The notes under the pieces: generated by a model
Databases searched by the model: none
Told to the model about the DNA's origin: nothing
What the model saw: the letters and a program-made list of their open reading frames with translations, nothing else
Assembly: GCA_951406725.2 (NCBI GenBank)
Contig: OX597827.1
Coordinates: 24,676,001 to 24,740,000, forward strand
Length of the DNA: 64,000 nucleotides
From: Octopus vulgaris
Taxonomy: Eukaryota
Reading direction: 5' to 3'
Position numbers and translations under genes: made by a program
Shown here: piece after piece, positions 1 to 13,215 of the stretch
Layout: every line of letters starts with the position of its first letter
Position numbering within the stretch: the stretch's first letter is position 1

Positions 1-589
1 AGTTTCATAATGACAAAGCTATATTACTAAATTTGGCATCAGTTCCAAAATTAATTGAAACAAAAGCTGAATATTTTAAGAGGAATGTGATTAACGAAGT
101 GGTTAATTGTTGAAGATTTTGTACTTTTGTACTGGAAACATTTGCAAGAAGTTATTACCATGCGGAAGGGTCTGTGAGTGCAATAAATAATATTGTTGGT
201 GAAGAGGAAATTGAAATGGTAAGACGGAAGTGAGAGAGAGGGGGAGTGAGAGAGAGAGAGAGAGAGAGAAGAGGGGGAGATAGAGAAAGAAAGTGGTTAA
301 AAAAATGAGGAAAAAAAGAAAAAGAGAGAAAACATAAGGGAGAGAAAAGATGGTGGTGATGATGGTTAATGGAAGATTATTTGATTGAAATTTACTGATA
401 TTCATTGCCTTGGCACATCACCACCATCTTATGCTCTCTCACACTCTCTCTTTCTCTCTCTCTCTCTCTGTCTCTCTCCCCACTCAACTGCAGTACCCAT
501 GTATATCTCCTCTGCAGCAAGACACTCCTTTCATCATCTTCATCATTACCACCACCAAAACCACCACCACCACCACCACCACCACCACC

Positions 590-718
590 TGGTTTGACAG
601 CTCCTGTCAAACCATCCAACCCATGCCAACAAGGAAGATGGACTTTAAATGATGACGACCACGACGATGATGAAAATGATGGTGATGCTGCTGCTGAAGA
701 TGATACTGCTGCTACTGG

Positions 719-749
<31 letters not shown>

Positions 750-961
750 AGTGATGATGATGATGATGATGATGTGTTGTGATGATGATGGTTGTGGTGA
801 TGATGGTGATGGTGATGATGATGAAAACGATGGTGATGGTGATGATGATGATTGTAATGATGATGATGATGATGATGACGGTGGTGATGATGATGATGAT
901 GATAATGATGATGGTAGTGGTGGTGATGATGATGAAAACGATAGTGATGATGATGATGATG
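590..961 (+). repeat. RTE-LINE 3' terminus remnant with greatly expanded (GAT)n/(GGT) tail
   Basis: GTCAAACCATCCAACCCATGCCAACAAGGAAGATGGACTTTAAATGATGA resembles the 3' end of the RTE copy at 53700-53790; followed by ~310 bp of degenerate GAT repeat. Confidence 0.75.
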
Positions 962-1511
962 GCAATTGATCCAGTATATCAGACACCCTCAGTAAAAAAG
1001 ATTTTAAACAACAGAAACAACATTCTATAACCGAACTCCTGAATATCCAAAGGGAAAAGGACCCACAGGCCGCAAAAGGGTTAATTGTGCATTTGTATCT
1101 GGTTTATTCAAATCTATAAACGATCAATATTTTTTTTAATGTTTCCAATCAACTTGTATCGATCCTTTTACTGCTCATATTTGAAAGAAGCTGGTTTGGT
1201 TCCGTTCTTACTTTAAAATACATTAGTAACAGACAGGTATTCAAAAGACAGACCTGATCGAAGTCATTGCGTTTAATATTTGGATATTAAAACCAACATC
1301 AAAAGATTTGTTATCATGAAATGAGTAATAGTGATCAAGGGAATATTTTAAACAGACATAATGAACATAATTACAGAAAGCCATCGTTAACACAATTTTT
1401 TGGTTTTTCTGAATTGGGGTCACTAGGTTAATTGATACTAAAAGAGTACAGAAACTTCAAGTTAGGGAGCATCATGAAGACTTCTTTTCTGTGAATAAAG
1501 GTGCAGGCATG

Positions 1512-1735
1512 TAAGGCGGCGAATTGGCAGAAACGTTAGCACGCTGGGCAAAATGGTTAGTGGTATTTTGTCTGTCCTTACGTTCTGAGTTCAAATTCTA
1601 CCGAGGTTGACTTTACCTTTCATCCTTTTAGAGGTTGATAAATTAAGTACCAGTTGCATACTGGGGTCAATCTAATCGACTGCCCTGTCCCCTAGCCCAG
1701 AATTTCGGGCCTTGTGCCTAGAGTAAAAAAGAATA
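1512..1735 (+). mobile_element. tRNA-derived SINE family B (central domain resembles the Meta/Nin-type SINE domain)
   Basis: A-box-like TGGCAGAAACG, B box GAGTTCAAATTC, central CCTTTCATCCTTT.GGGGTCGATAAATTAAGTACCAG shared with copies at 34435-35015, 37995-38205, 38425-38635 and 40335-40837. Confidence 0.8.
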
Positions 1736-1900
1736 AAGATGCAGGCATGGCTGTGTGCTAAGAAGTTTGCTTCCCAACCACATGGTTCTGGGTTCAGTCC
1801 CACCATGTGACACCTTGGGCAAGTGTCTTCTGCTATAGTCTCAAACCAACCTTGTGAGTGGATTTGGTAGATGGAAACTGAAAGAAGCCTGTTGTATATA

Positions 1901-1951
<51 letters not shown>

Positions 1952-2004
1952 TCATCATCATCATCATCATCATTTAGCGTCCGTTTTCCATGCTAGCATG
2001 GGTT

Positions 2005-2039
<35 letters not shown>

Positions 2040-2045
<6 letters not shown>

Positions 2046-3267
2046 TCATCCCATAAATAATGTGATCTTTTTATACTTCTTTTATTTTTCAAAATTAAGA
2101 TAAACAAAGTTATTTTTTAATCTAAAATATTCTCTCATTTTCTACAATGCTCTTCCATCTATCTGGTAGACTTGCAAGGACCCTCTTCTAAAATTCACTT
2201 GTTCATGGTGAACAATACTCCTCCAGTACTGTTCTGATCACATCTACAGAAATCAATTCATATTTTTTTTGTCAAAATAATTTTGAAGACTGTAGAATAA
2301 ATAATAATCAGATGGGACAATGTCTGGCAAATATGGTGTGTTTGGCCGAGCATTATCCAGATGGAAAAGCACCTTTTGTCTTGAAACCAAAGATGGTTGT
2401 TTTTCTTCTAGTGCTGACTTAAGTCACTGAAGCTGCTCACAGTTGATCTCCTATCATTTGGTTTGGGTTTAAAAGTTCAAAGTGGACTAAATATTTCCTA
2501 TCCCACTAAACAGATAACAACACCTTACATGGGTGAAGATCTTCTCTGGCCTGGGGTGCCGGTGTTTCTCCTTTTCTTACCGACTGTCTTTGGCATTTGA
2601 AATTTTTGTAGAGAACCCATTTCTCATCACCAGTCACTATTCAGCCCCAAAAAGATTCATTCGTGAGACGTGACAGCAAAGAAGAGCACATTCACTCTCT
2701 GCATGCGATTAGACTTGGATAGTTTATGAGGAACCCATTGTCCCAATTTGCTGACTTTTCTGATGGCATGCAGGTATCAATGAATAATTGAATGACCAAA
2801 TCCATGCTTCTTTGCTAGTTCCTCAACAGTTATGATGGGATTTTGTTCCACCAGGGTTTGCTGAACATCCTCATCAAGCTCTACAGATCTTCCAGGATGA
2901 GGCTTGTCTTCTAGGTTGTAGTTTCCAGCTTGGAATTTCTGGAACCACCGTTGACACTGGTTTACGCTTATTGTCCACTCCCCATACACTGCATTAATAT
3001 TCCTCGTGCTTTCTGTTGCGTTGCCTTTATTGAACTCATAAAGCAAAATATGCTGAATATGTTCCTTTGTCACTTCCATTATAGCTTTGAAAAAAAAATA
3101 ACTGTTAAAATTGAATTGCACTCTTCAAAACTTGCACTAAGAATAAGTAAAAGGTAAAATTACTACCTGCTTTTATAGAAAGTTGATGCATGTAATTTAT
3201 CCCATCCCCCTCTGACTTTTAGCTTGTGATTGAAAAAAAACCCTTTTATTTATGGGCTGACCCAATA
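2040..3267 (-). mobile_element. mariner (Tc1/mariner) DNA transposon, decayed
   Basis: Inverted termini TATTGGTCATCCCATAAATAA / TTATTTATGGGCTGACCCAATA within (TA)n; transposase motifs WVPHKL, IVTGDEKW, DNARP and PDIVPSDYYLF on the minus strand. Confidence 0.93.
2110..3079 (-). pseudogene. mariner transposase pseudogene
   Basis: ORF 2777-3121 gives the N-terminal HTH (MEVTKEHIQHILLYEF...CQRWFQKF). Continuation has stops, frameshifts and a deletion between DNARP and the PYxPD motif. Confidence 0.9.
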
Positions 3268-3371
3268 TATATATATGTGAATAATATGACATAAATATGG
3301 AAAATACTAGGCTTTAATAGCAAATCACAACATTTGCTTTTGCTCCAGACACCAGCTGACTTCCCTTTTAA

Positions 3372-3560
3372 ATATCACTAAATATAATTATACTTCAGAA
3401 TAACTACATGAATAAATATTATTCAGTGACAGCTGTGTGTTGGTGTTATCCCAGGTGGAATGCAATCAAGTGCTTGGTGACAAACAACACACAGCAGCTG
3501 TTACGGAATAATATTTATTCATATAGTTTATTCTAAAGAATATTTATATTTAATGATATA
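3372..3560. repeat. imperfect fold-back (inverted repeat) element
   Basis: ATATCACTAAATATAATTATACTTCAGAATAACTACATGAATAAATATTATTC...CAGCTG is mirrored by CAGCTG...GAATAATATTTATTCATATAGTTTATTCTAAAGAATATTTATATTTAATGATAT. Confidence 0.8.
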
Positions 3561-3744
3561 ACAAACTGAGGAAAAGAACTTCAAAGGGGTTGTTTAAACA
3601 TCTAATTCCCTGGTACTTCAGTTTGGATACGATATAAATATTGGTATAATTCAATAATAAAGATAATTTGAATATAGAAGTGGTTTATGTATAATTGAAC
3701 AGTGATTATGTATATCAGAAAAAAAAAATATAAGTCGAAACAAT

Positions 3745-4215
3745 GGGTCTTTACCTTTTGACCTACAGATTTAAAAAATAATTTTTTGTAACACTTTCAA
3801 ACTTTGGACACTGGTAGAATATTTCATATAAAATATATTTTACTCTTAGCATTTTTGAGAAAAACTTATATTTACAAAGTAATTTCACGTTGAAGTAGTC
3901 CTATTTCAGTAATTTCAACCAATCAATGACGTGTCTTTTCAGCTGAATAAAATTACTGCTGTTGTTTGTCAACAAGAACTTCTGGCAGTGTATTTTTTGT
4001 TTGTTACTGTTATTTATGACAACCCTAACCCGAAAACCCTAAAACCTTAACCCTAACCCTAACCCTGAAACCCTAACATAACCCTAAAACCCTAACCCTA
4101 ACCCTGAAACCCTAACCCTAAAACCCTAACTCTAAAACCTTAAAGCTAAAACCAGTACAAATGCATGAACGATGTCATAAATAACAGTGATAAACGAAAA
4201 ATACACCACCAAAAG
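3745..4215. mobile_element. truncated Merlin-like non-autonomous element with internal CCCTAA-type array
   Basis: 5' end GGGTCTTTACCTTTTGACCTACAGAT...TGGTAGAAT is homologous to the element starting at 63041; degenerate CCCTAA/CCCTAAAA repeats 4021-4150; short inverted arms flank the array. Confidence 0.65.
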
Positions 4216-4339
4216 TAGAATCATTTAAACGCGTTTTCTACTTTGCAATTTCAAATTGTTAAAATTCCATTGTTTTTTTTTTTTAATATGTTTCTACCAT
4301 TGATAAACAAAAAATTGTTGAAAATAAATTCTGTTACAT

Positions 4340-4590
4340 ATATGGTGGTTGTCTACTCCTTGTGCAGAGTTTGAGCACCTCCTGTACCGACACCTTAGCA
4401 CATCATGGCATCTGATGTGGCTTTTTAAACCAGACAATGTTTTGAAAAGGCACCCACATAGATTGCACCTCAGATTTGGGACCACCAATAGCTGCAGATA
4501 AGTTTAGGTTTGGTCTTTGTGGATCTTAAAATGTCATTTGAGGCCTCTGTTAGATTTGTATACCTTCTGGCATACATTGCACAGACATAT
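4340..4590 (-). mobile_element. RTE (BovB-like) LINE 3' fragment with C2H2 finger
   Basis: ORF 4294-4488 contains CNLCGCLFKTLSGLKSHIRCH; ends in ...CCACCATATATG like the element at 42108-43565. Confidence 0.6.
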
Positions 4591-5568
4591 ATATACAATA
4601 TATACACACCACACACACACATAGACAAATATACACAATTAAAAAAGAGCTACAAATAGTTTTATGCTTTAAGATACATTAAATTGGCAGATATATATAT
4701 GACATGCAATGTACCTCCAAACAATTTTTGAGGCTCTGTTCATAATGTTCGATGTATTTAAAAAACCAAGGAGCTAGTTTATGAGAAAACATGAGAAAAA
4801 AAAAAAGCAAGGAGAAAAAATACAACAGTAATATACATATATTATAGACCCCAGGGAAGATAAATCTCAAGCACTGATACTTTGGTGAAATTTGAACCAA
4901 GATTCTACAAGAACACTGCAAAGACTCCTTGTCAGACAATATTATGTGCATGTTTTGGCACATATTTTGCCATTCTGTGAAGAATTAGCCACAGCAAAAT
5001 ATCCATTAACTGAAGAACTGCAAAAAAATAAAAACAAGAAAAAAAACCCACGGAAAACAAATAACAACAAAAGTATAAAGAATATTGTCAGAACTCACCC
5101 TATAGAGATGTTGAGAAGTAATATTCTCCAGAGGTAAACATTAATGTCCACAAGAGTACCTTCCGTGATTCCTCACTTGGTGAGAATTTCGATGTTCTAA
5201 TATTCCATGAAATGGTTGGTAAAAACCTATAATAAAAACAAGCATAGATATTAACACACACATATATATATAGGTAGATGTAAACATGCCTCTTAAACAT
5301 CCATCCACCTACACACCTACCCACCTACCTACCTACCTACCTGTTATCCTGTCTACCTGTCTGTCTATTTATCTATTTACCATCTCTCTCTATCTCTAAC
5401 TATCCAGCTGGCTACAACTGTATGTATGTGTGTGTGTGTGGATGGGGGGGGGTGTATGTATGTCTGAGAGGGGAATGTGTTGAATAAAATCATAATTAAC
5501 CAATCCTTCTGTATTTTCTTTTACCCAAAGCCAGGAACTTTATCACCATCTCATCATACATATATATA

Positions 5569-5718
5569 GGCGCAAAGGCCCAGTGGTTAGGACAGCGCAC
5601 TCGCGGTTGTAGGATTGCGGTTTTGATTCCCAGACCGGGCATTGTGAGTGTTTATTGAGCGAAAACACCTAAAGCTCCACGAAGCTCCGGCAGGGGGTGG
5701 TGGCGATCCCTGCTGTAC
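5569..5718 (+). mobile_element. tRNA-derived SINE family C, 5' part, joined to an RTE 3' UTR (to ~6008)
   Basis: A box GGCCCAGTGG, B-like GGTTTTGATTCC; body matches the minus-strand copy at 20360-20730. Confidence 0.75.
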
Positions 5719-6560
5719 AAATAAAGGCTGATGCCAGTGCCGCCTTGACTGGCTTCCATGCTGGTGGCACGTAAAAAGCACCAATCCGATTGTGGCCATT
5801 GCCAGCCTCACCTGGCACGTAAAAAGCGCCCACTACACTCGTGGAGTGGTTGGCGTTAGGAAGGGCATCCAGTTGTAGAAACACTGCCAGATCAGACTGG
5901 AGCCTAGTGCAGCCTTCTGGCTTCACAGATCCCGGTCAAACCGTCAAACTCATGCTAGCATGGAGAACGGACATTAAACGATGATGATGATGATGATGAT
6001 GATGATGATATATACATACACACACACATTTATATATGTGTGTGTGTGTATGTATGTGTTTGTCCCCCACGCACACTGTCACATATTGTTTGACAACTAT
6101 TGTTGCTTTACTCTCTTTTTTACTCTTTTACTTATTTCAGTCATTTGACTGTGGCCATGCTGGAGTACCGCCTTTAGTCGAGCAAATTGAACCCTGGACT
6201 TATTCTTTGTAAGCCTAGTACTTATTCTATCGGTCTCTTTTGCTGAACTGCTAAGTTACGGGGACGTAAACACAGACGTAGAAACATACACACATACGTA
6301 TATATATATACACACACACACACACACATATAGTCTGATCTGGCAGTGTTTCTACAACTGGATGCCCTTCCTAACGCCAACCACTCTGTGAGTGTAGTGG
6401 GCGCTTTTTACGTGCCAGGTGAGGCTGGCAATGGCCACAATCGGATTGGTGCTTTTTACGTGCCACCAGCATGGAAGCCAGTCAAGGCAGCACTGGCATC
6501 AGCCTTTATTTGTACAGCAGGGATCGCCACCACCCCCTGCCGGAGCTTCGTGGGGCTTTA

Positions 6561-6973
6561 GGCGCAGGAGTGGCTGTGTGGTAAGTAGCTTGTTTACCAA
6601 CCACATGGTTCCGGGTTCAGTCCAACTGCGTGGCACCTTGGGCAAGTGTCTTCTACTATAGTCTCGGGCCGACCAAAGCCTTGTGAGTGGATTTGGTAGA
6701 CGGAAACTGAAAGAAGCCCGTCGTATATATGTATATATATATGCGTGTGTGTTTGTGCGTCTGTGTTTGTCCCCCTAGCATTGCTTGACAACCGATGCTG
6801 GTGTGTTTATGTCCCCGTCACTTAGCGGTTCAACAAAAAGAGTCCAATAGAATAAGTACTGGGGCTTACAAAAGAATAAGTCCCGGGGTCGAGTTGCTCG
6901 ATTAAAGGCGGTGCTCCAGCATGGCCGCAGTCAAATGACTGAAACAAGTAAAAGAGTAAAAGAGTAAAAGAGT
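6561..6973 (+). mobile_element. tRNA-derived SINE family A (CORE-like, central TA/TG microsatellite), full length
   Basis: GGCGCAGGAGTGGCTGTGTGG head, GGTTCAGTCC B-like box, CACCTTGGGCAAGTG CORE-like motif, (GTAAAAGA)n tail; roughly 20 full or partial copies in the window. Confidence 0.85.
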
Positions 6974-7618
6974 ATATATATATATACACACACATATATA
7001 CGTTGTGCTTCTTTCAGTTTCCATCTACCAAATCCACTCACAAGGCTTTGGTTGGCCTGAGGCTATAGTAGAAGACACTTGCGCAAGGTGCCACACAGTG
7101 GGAATGAACCCAGAACCATGTGGTTGGTAAGCAAGCTACTTACCATATAGCCACTCCTACGCTTTGTTCATATCCTTGTAACTTAGCAGTTCAGTCAAAA
7201 GAGACCAATGGAATAAGGGTCAAACTTAGAAGAATATAAATACTGGAGTTAATTTGTTTGACTAAACCTTTCAAATCAGTGCTCCAGCATGGCTGCAGTC
7301 CAATAACTGAAACATGCAAAAGATAAAAGACACACACACACACACACACGTTTATTAGGTAAGAGCGAACAGACATAATGCAAAGCTTCAATAAATATAC
7401 TAAAACCCCACATGTGCTCAGATTACAAATGGGTGACCCTATTTAATGAAATCCTTATCACTACTTTACCAATTACGTTGAAGTCTATACTTTGCTGATG
7501 AGGTTTAACAAGAGACAAACATGCTTCGAGTTGTCTTTCCATACTTGCCAAATTATAAAAAAAACATTATTAGTCATTCAGTTTAGTATTTTTCCTCTCC
7601 TTGGCACACAACAAACAT

Positions 7619-7749
7619 TTAAGTGGTAATGAACACATTTAGAGCCAAGCATCAAATCATCAGCATCACCCATCTAAGCCTAGTTAGTACTTAGATGGGT
7701 GATGATGATGATTTGATGCTCAGCTCTAAATGTGTTCATTACCACTTAA
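7619..7749. repeat. 60-bp-arm hairpin overlapping a 5S rRNA-like fragment
   Basis: Arms 7619-7678 and 7690-7749 are complementary with 3 mismatches; GCCTAGTTAGTACTTAGATGGGTGA resembles the 5S rRNA internal control region. Confidence 0.8.
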
Positions 7750-7949
7750 CTGTTTATCAGGTAATTTTCAAGTAGATCACATCAGAGCAATCATTTTTAA
7801 TTTATACATATCTCTTTACACACACTTACACATTAAATTACATGTGTACACATATACCTATACATACATACATAATACATACATACATACATACATATAT
7901 ATATGTCGTCTAAATTACATAAAAATGAAAATAACACTGACATCTCATT

Positions 7950-9182
7950 TTAACAGATATATTTAACAAAATTATATAAAAAATATCTTGAAATACTAAA
8001 GAGTAAATTTATTCAACAAAATCGCCATTGGCTTCAACCACGGCCTCGAAACGACTTTGAAATCTCCTGCAACTCTTCTGGACAGTCTCCTTGTTTAAGT
8101 TTGTGAATGCTGTCATAATCCTTGCCTTCAATTCATCTTTGGTGTTACAAGGAGTTTTGTTGGTCTCTTGCTCAACTGCACTCTACACTTAATAATTAAG
8201 GGAGTTGCCGTCTGGGGAGTTAGGGGGCCAGATGTTAGGGGTGATGTGGTCACAGAAATTGTCTGAGAGCCATGACTGGGTTCTCCTGCTTGTGTGGCGT
8301 GGTGCAGAGTCCTGTAGCCAGACGTAAGGTCTTCCAGCAGCCACCCTCTTGACCCAGAGCAGTACTACCTCCTTCAGGCACTTGATGTAGGCCTTTGTGC
8401 TCCATGTAGGAACATGAATGGTGGTATATCACTGCCATCATTAGTGTTCGTTCCAAACACCATGATGTTGATTGAATGTTTGATTTGTATTACTCTCAGT
8501 ACATGTTTTGGGGACATGGCAAGCCAACGGTTGTTCTGCATGTTCACCATCTGATCCTGGCAGAAATATTTCTTGTCTGAAAAAAACCAAAGCATGTTCG
8601 GTTGGAGGGGATGCTTGAGTTTGATCAAAAGTTTCGTAGTGTGGTCTTTTGTCTTGTCTTTGATTTATTGGGATAAAAATTGGCCCTTTCCCATCTTGTA
8701 TGAGGAATACTGAATGTCTTCATGCACTACCTGCCTGATAAGAAACTCAGCCACTGCCATGTCCCTGGCGATGGACCTGATTGACTTGGAGGGATCATTG
8801 TTAATCATGGCCTGGGTCTCACCAACAAATTCAGAAGTTCTTTTCTTATAAGAACGATCAGAATGAGTTTTCTGAGCTGCCATACCTTTGTAATATCCAT
8901 TAGGCTCATCCAACTCTTTCCGAATCCTCTGCACTGTCCTCAGATTGACACCCAAACACTCTGAAATGTTCGTATTGGTGCTTCTGAAGTGAATGCCAAG
9001 CAGTACAGCATGTTGTTTCCAAATTTCTGTAAGAGTGAATTGTGTCATGGTACTGTTTTTTCTTACAGACGGTGCCCAACTGATCCTACTATACTGTGTA
9101 GTTGAAAAATCAAAAACAAATAATGCACATGCGCGAAAGTAAAAATATAAAATGGAGACAATTTACACATCACACCTTGTGT
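7950..9182 (-). mobile_element. maT-type (DD37D) Tc1/mariner transposon, decayed, copy 1
   Basis: ORFs 8665-9048 and 8374-8628 plus frameshifted DSAPxHTS...WPPNSPD; HTH N-terminus; FFSD catalytic motif. Confidence 0.88.
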
Positions 9183-9455
9183 ATGTGTGTTTGTGTGTGT
9201 ATATATGTGTATCTATATGCATATATATACATGCATATACATATATATATATATATGTATGAATATATTTCGTTTTTGGATTTGGTTTGCAAGATTCTTT
9301 ATATGAGTTCATGTGTTGAAGCATATTCTGTTGTGTCTGAAATAGTTTTGAAACTATAGAAAAGGTTGCAAGACGCAACGAAAAAAGTGGAAATTTTACC
9401 GGTGAGTGTGTTATATTATAAGGCACAGAAACAAAATGACTCTCCCCAGACACAA

Positions 9456-9519
<64 letters not shown>

Positions 9520-10363
9520 TTATTTGTGTCTGTGTTTGCCCCCCCCCCACCACTACCACATTGCTTGACTACTGATGTCAGGGTGTTTACGTCCCTGTCC
9601 TCTTTGGCAAAACAGACTGATAGAATAAGTACTAGGCTTACAAAGAATAAGTCCTGGGGTTGATTTATTTGACTAAAGGTGGTGCCCCAGCATGGTCACA
9701 GTCAAAATGACTGAAAGAAGTAAAAGAATGAAAGAATATATGTATATATGTATATGCATATGTATGTATATATATCTATAGATATAGATATATATATATA
9801 TATGTATTATGCATGTGTTTACACAAACACAAATGCAGACACATGCAAAAACATATGTGCACACACACACGATCAAATACACACATGCTCACACAGCACA
9901 TTTCTAATAAACCAATTTAAAAGCAGAAAACATAGAAGGAAACCTCAACCTATCTCATCATAATGGATCTAAGACGACTCCATCAACCGAATTTCCCTGC
10001 TTTTGAAGGCAGTAGGGTATGATTTCAGGGACAATTGGTTGCTTATTCTAGCAAGTCTATTAACCACACACTTTCTCTCTCCCTCTTCTGTCGGCTCGTT
10101 TTGGCTTGAGTTGTCGATAATATATCAGCCATTTCCACTGATACAAACAAACTGTTGCAGAACAGCCACAGTTAGCTAGACTTAGTTAACACTATATCAA
10201 ACAAAGACATTGATTACCAATATCAGCGCCATTTATGTATAAACTCCCTACTAGCTATCTTATAAGGATTTTATGCTACACTGAACAAACACACACAGAA
10301 GCATTCTTACACACACACTGACACATTTAGTCACATACACAAATGCATACATGTATATAAATC

Positions 10364-10401
<38 letters not shown>

Positions 10402-10617
10402 TCATATTAGTATACACGTGTGTATGTATATATGACTATATATATAAACACACACACACACACATGCACATATATATATATTTATATATTTACATATGTA
10501 TGTATATATGATTATATATATATATATATATATATGTATATTAATAATGCCATAAGAGCTCTTAAATGCACATTACAAGGTTTTTACCCAAATATACTAA
10601 ATATATATATACATATG

Positions 10618-10661
<44 letters not shown>

Positions 10662-10711
10662 TATATACATATATATACATGTATATATATATGTGAGTGT
10701 GTGTATATATC

Positions 10712-10757
<46 letters not shown>

Positions 10758-11923
10758 CATACATAGATATACACATATATGTGTGTGTGTGTGTATATAT
10801 ATAAATGTATGAAAAGAACTGGTAATAAGTGCTAAAAATGAGAGGAGAATGTAAAAATGATGGAAAAGGATTTGCATGGGAGCATGATGGAAAGAATTGG
10901 GGGAGGGAGCAGGAGAGAGGAGGGAGTGAGAAGGAAGAGGAGAAAGAATTGGATACAAAAAGGGGAAAAAAAAAATGGAATGAAAAACAAACTAAACAAC
11001 AACAATAATGATAGGAAAACTGGGTCATGTGACCTTCCCCGCAATATGAGTCCAGAGAGGTAAGGATCAAATATTAATATCGGAAATAGATATAAGCGAA
11101 GGGCTGTAGCTAAATTCCTGGGTGAATTTTATTATGAAAGCAGCATGAACATTGTTGTATGGAATCAGGAAATATTGAATGGGGGAGTTTTAGATGAGGA
11201 AAGACGAGAATATTTTGGAAAATATTAGATCAAAGGGAAAAACGTTCTCAAGACTAACTGCTGACCACCACCACCACCACCACCACCACTGTTGCCATCC
11301 CACCACCCTCACCCCTACCAACTGCCTGTTATACCATTCAGCCATCAGCCACTGACCACCAAAACATAGACTCCTATACTTCTATTAATCGCTATCATAT
11401 TGGCCTGGATGCTTAGAAAAGGTTTCTGACTGGTCGGTGTGGTGGGTGGGTGCATTGTGATTGGGGGGGGGGGGGGGCGTTTTCGGCAAGTTTCTGGGGG
11501 AAGGGTTTTGGTTGGTTGGCTGGGTTCCTTTTATGTTTTTGTATTTTTATTTTCTTCCTTATTGTCATCATCATCATCGTCATCGTCATCGTCCTCATCA
11601 TCATCATTATTATTATTATTATGATTTTCGTTTTGGATAGTTCTGCTTATGAATGGCACACACACACTACAGTGTGGTGTATTGTATAATACCTGCCTAT
11701 GGGCAGGATAGGTGGGAGAAGGTGGGAGGGAGGAAGAGGCACAGGAGTAAAAAAGGAAGAGGAAAAAACTACTCATAACAAATTCTCCTCCTCCTCCACA
11801 TCATCATCATCGTCGTCGTCATCATCATCACTACTACCATTACAATTTCCTCATTCTTCTCCACTCATCCTTTTCCTCTTTTTCTCTCATCATCATCATC
11901 ACAACATCAATAACAACAACAAT

Positions 11924-11960
<37 letters not shown>

Positions 11961-12129
11961 GCCACTACTACTGCTACTGCTGCTGCTGCTAATACAAAGG
12001 TGATTCACCTGGTAGAAAATGGCTAGCCATTATGAGTTCACAATGGAGAAGGCTTTTTGGTATACACACACACACACACACACACAGTTACCACCTGATT
12101 GAGTCAAGAGAGATAGATGCATCTGAATA

Positions 12130-12395
12130 AAGATGAGATAGTAATCTCTGGAGTGGATTTGGTGGATTTGGATGGACCAAGGGCTAAAACAGTGACTACA
12201 AACAACATGAACAATAAACAAAAGGAGCTTCACAAATCAATGAAGAAACTTGCTCAAGCAGGGTTTCTTTGCTCCAAATACTTAGAAAAACTGAAGGACC
12301 GCTGCAATAAGTGTGTGAATCTGAGAGGGGAATATGTTGGATTTTCCTGTATTTTCTTTTACCCAAAGCCAGGAACTTTTCAGCATCCCTTTGTA
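12130..12395 (+). mobile_element. internally deleted mariner-like remnant
   Basis: KLKDRCNKCVNLRGEYV resembles a mariner C-terminus; terminal TTTTCTTTTACCCAAAGCCAGGAACTTT shared with 5460-5550. Confidence 0.55.
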
Positions 12396-12989
12396 ATCAA
12401 GGTACTGTCAAGGGCACTGGAAATATTTCAAGTCTTGTTGTAAAGCATTTCTTAGGTTAAGGACACTAAAGAGACTTGTTTGCATTGGGGTTTCTAAATG
12501 CTTTTCTTTTTCCTCTTGTTATCCAGAGTGCACGTTAAGAGCAAGTAAAAATTTGGGTTTTGCTTAGTTTATAAAGTATTTTTTACAAAAATTTATTGAA
12601 AAGGGGTATTTACATTATTTAACATTTCAGCAGAAATTATTTAAAATCATCACTATCATCATCATCGTTGTCACCACCACCACCACCATCATAACTACAC
12701 AACACACATAGACACAAACACACAAACACACACACACACATGCACATGTGCACACACACACATACACTCATAAACACACATCAACATCATCATTATCGTT
12801 TTACATCCACTTTTTTTGCCAGTATGAGTTAGATAGGTCGTCATGATCCAAGTCAGTTCCTATATGGCATCACTGTCCTCCCAGACAATTTATTTTGCTA
12901 TGATGTCCTTCCTGACACCAGCCATTCCCACTTTACTGGCTGCATTCTATTTTTGTCCCACTACCAGACAAAAGTGATGAAGATGGACA

Positions 12990-13215
12990 ATGTTATGGAC
13001 CAGGAAGCAGCTGCCAGGTTCAACCGGCAGAAACTAAGGAAAAAAAAGTTGGTAGTCCACTGGTTCCAACAAGGAGTGTCCCAGTTGATCCAGCAGTCAG
13101 TGTTAGAGAGACTTGGAAGAGTATGGCAAGGGTAGACAGAAAACTGGATGTGTTCCATCGAGGGTGCTTCAGAAAGATCTTGAGGGTCAATTGGTGGAGA
13201 AAACAGGGTTTTTGA
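12990..13215 (+). pseudogene. old RTE LINE RT C-terminal remnant
   Basis: Translates ETWKSMARVDRKLDVFHRGCFRKILRVNWW, matching the RTE ETW...LDxFHxRCLRxILxIxW pattern. Confidence 0.6.

Noticed and set aside
405-782. ORF with poly-Pro and poly-Asp resembling a formin/WASP-like protein
   Set aside because: Composed of (CT)n, (CAC)n, an RTE tail remnant and (GAT)n; no real domain.
1170-1495. Unique sequence with a short minus ORF (1241-1423) as a host exon
   Set aside because: No recognisable domain or convincing splice signals.
4021-4150. CCCTAA runs as a true telomere or fusion site
   Set aside because: Short, degenerate and internal to a transposon-like element related to 63041-63910.
7494-7530. 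CTGATGAG as another hammerhead
   Set aside because: No GAAA box and no helix II can be formed.
7677-7702. 5S rRNA gene
   Set aside because: Only ~25 nt of similarity; the rest of the gene is absent.
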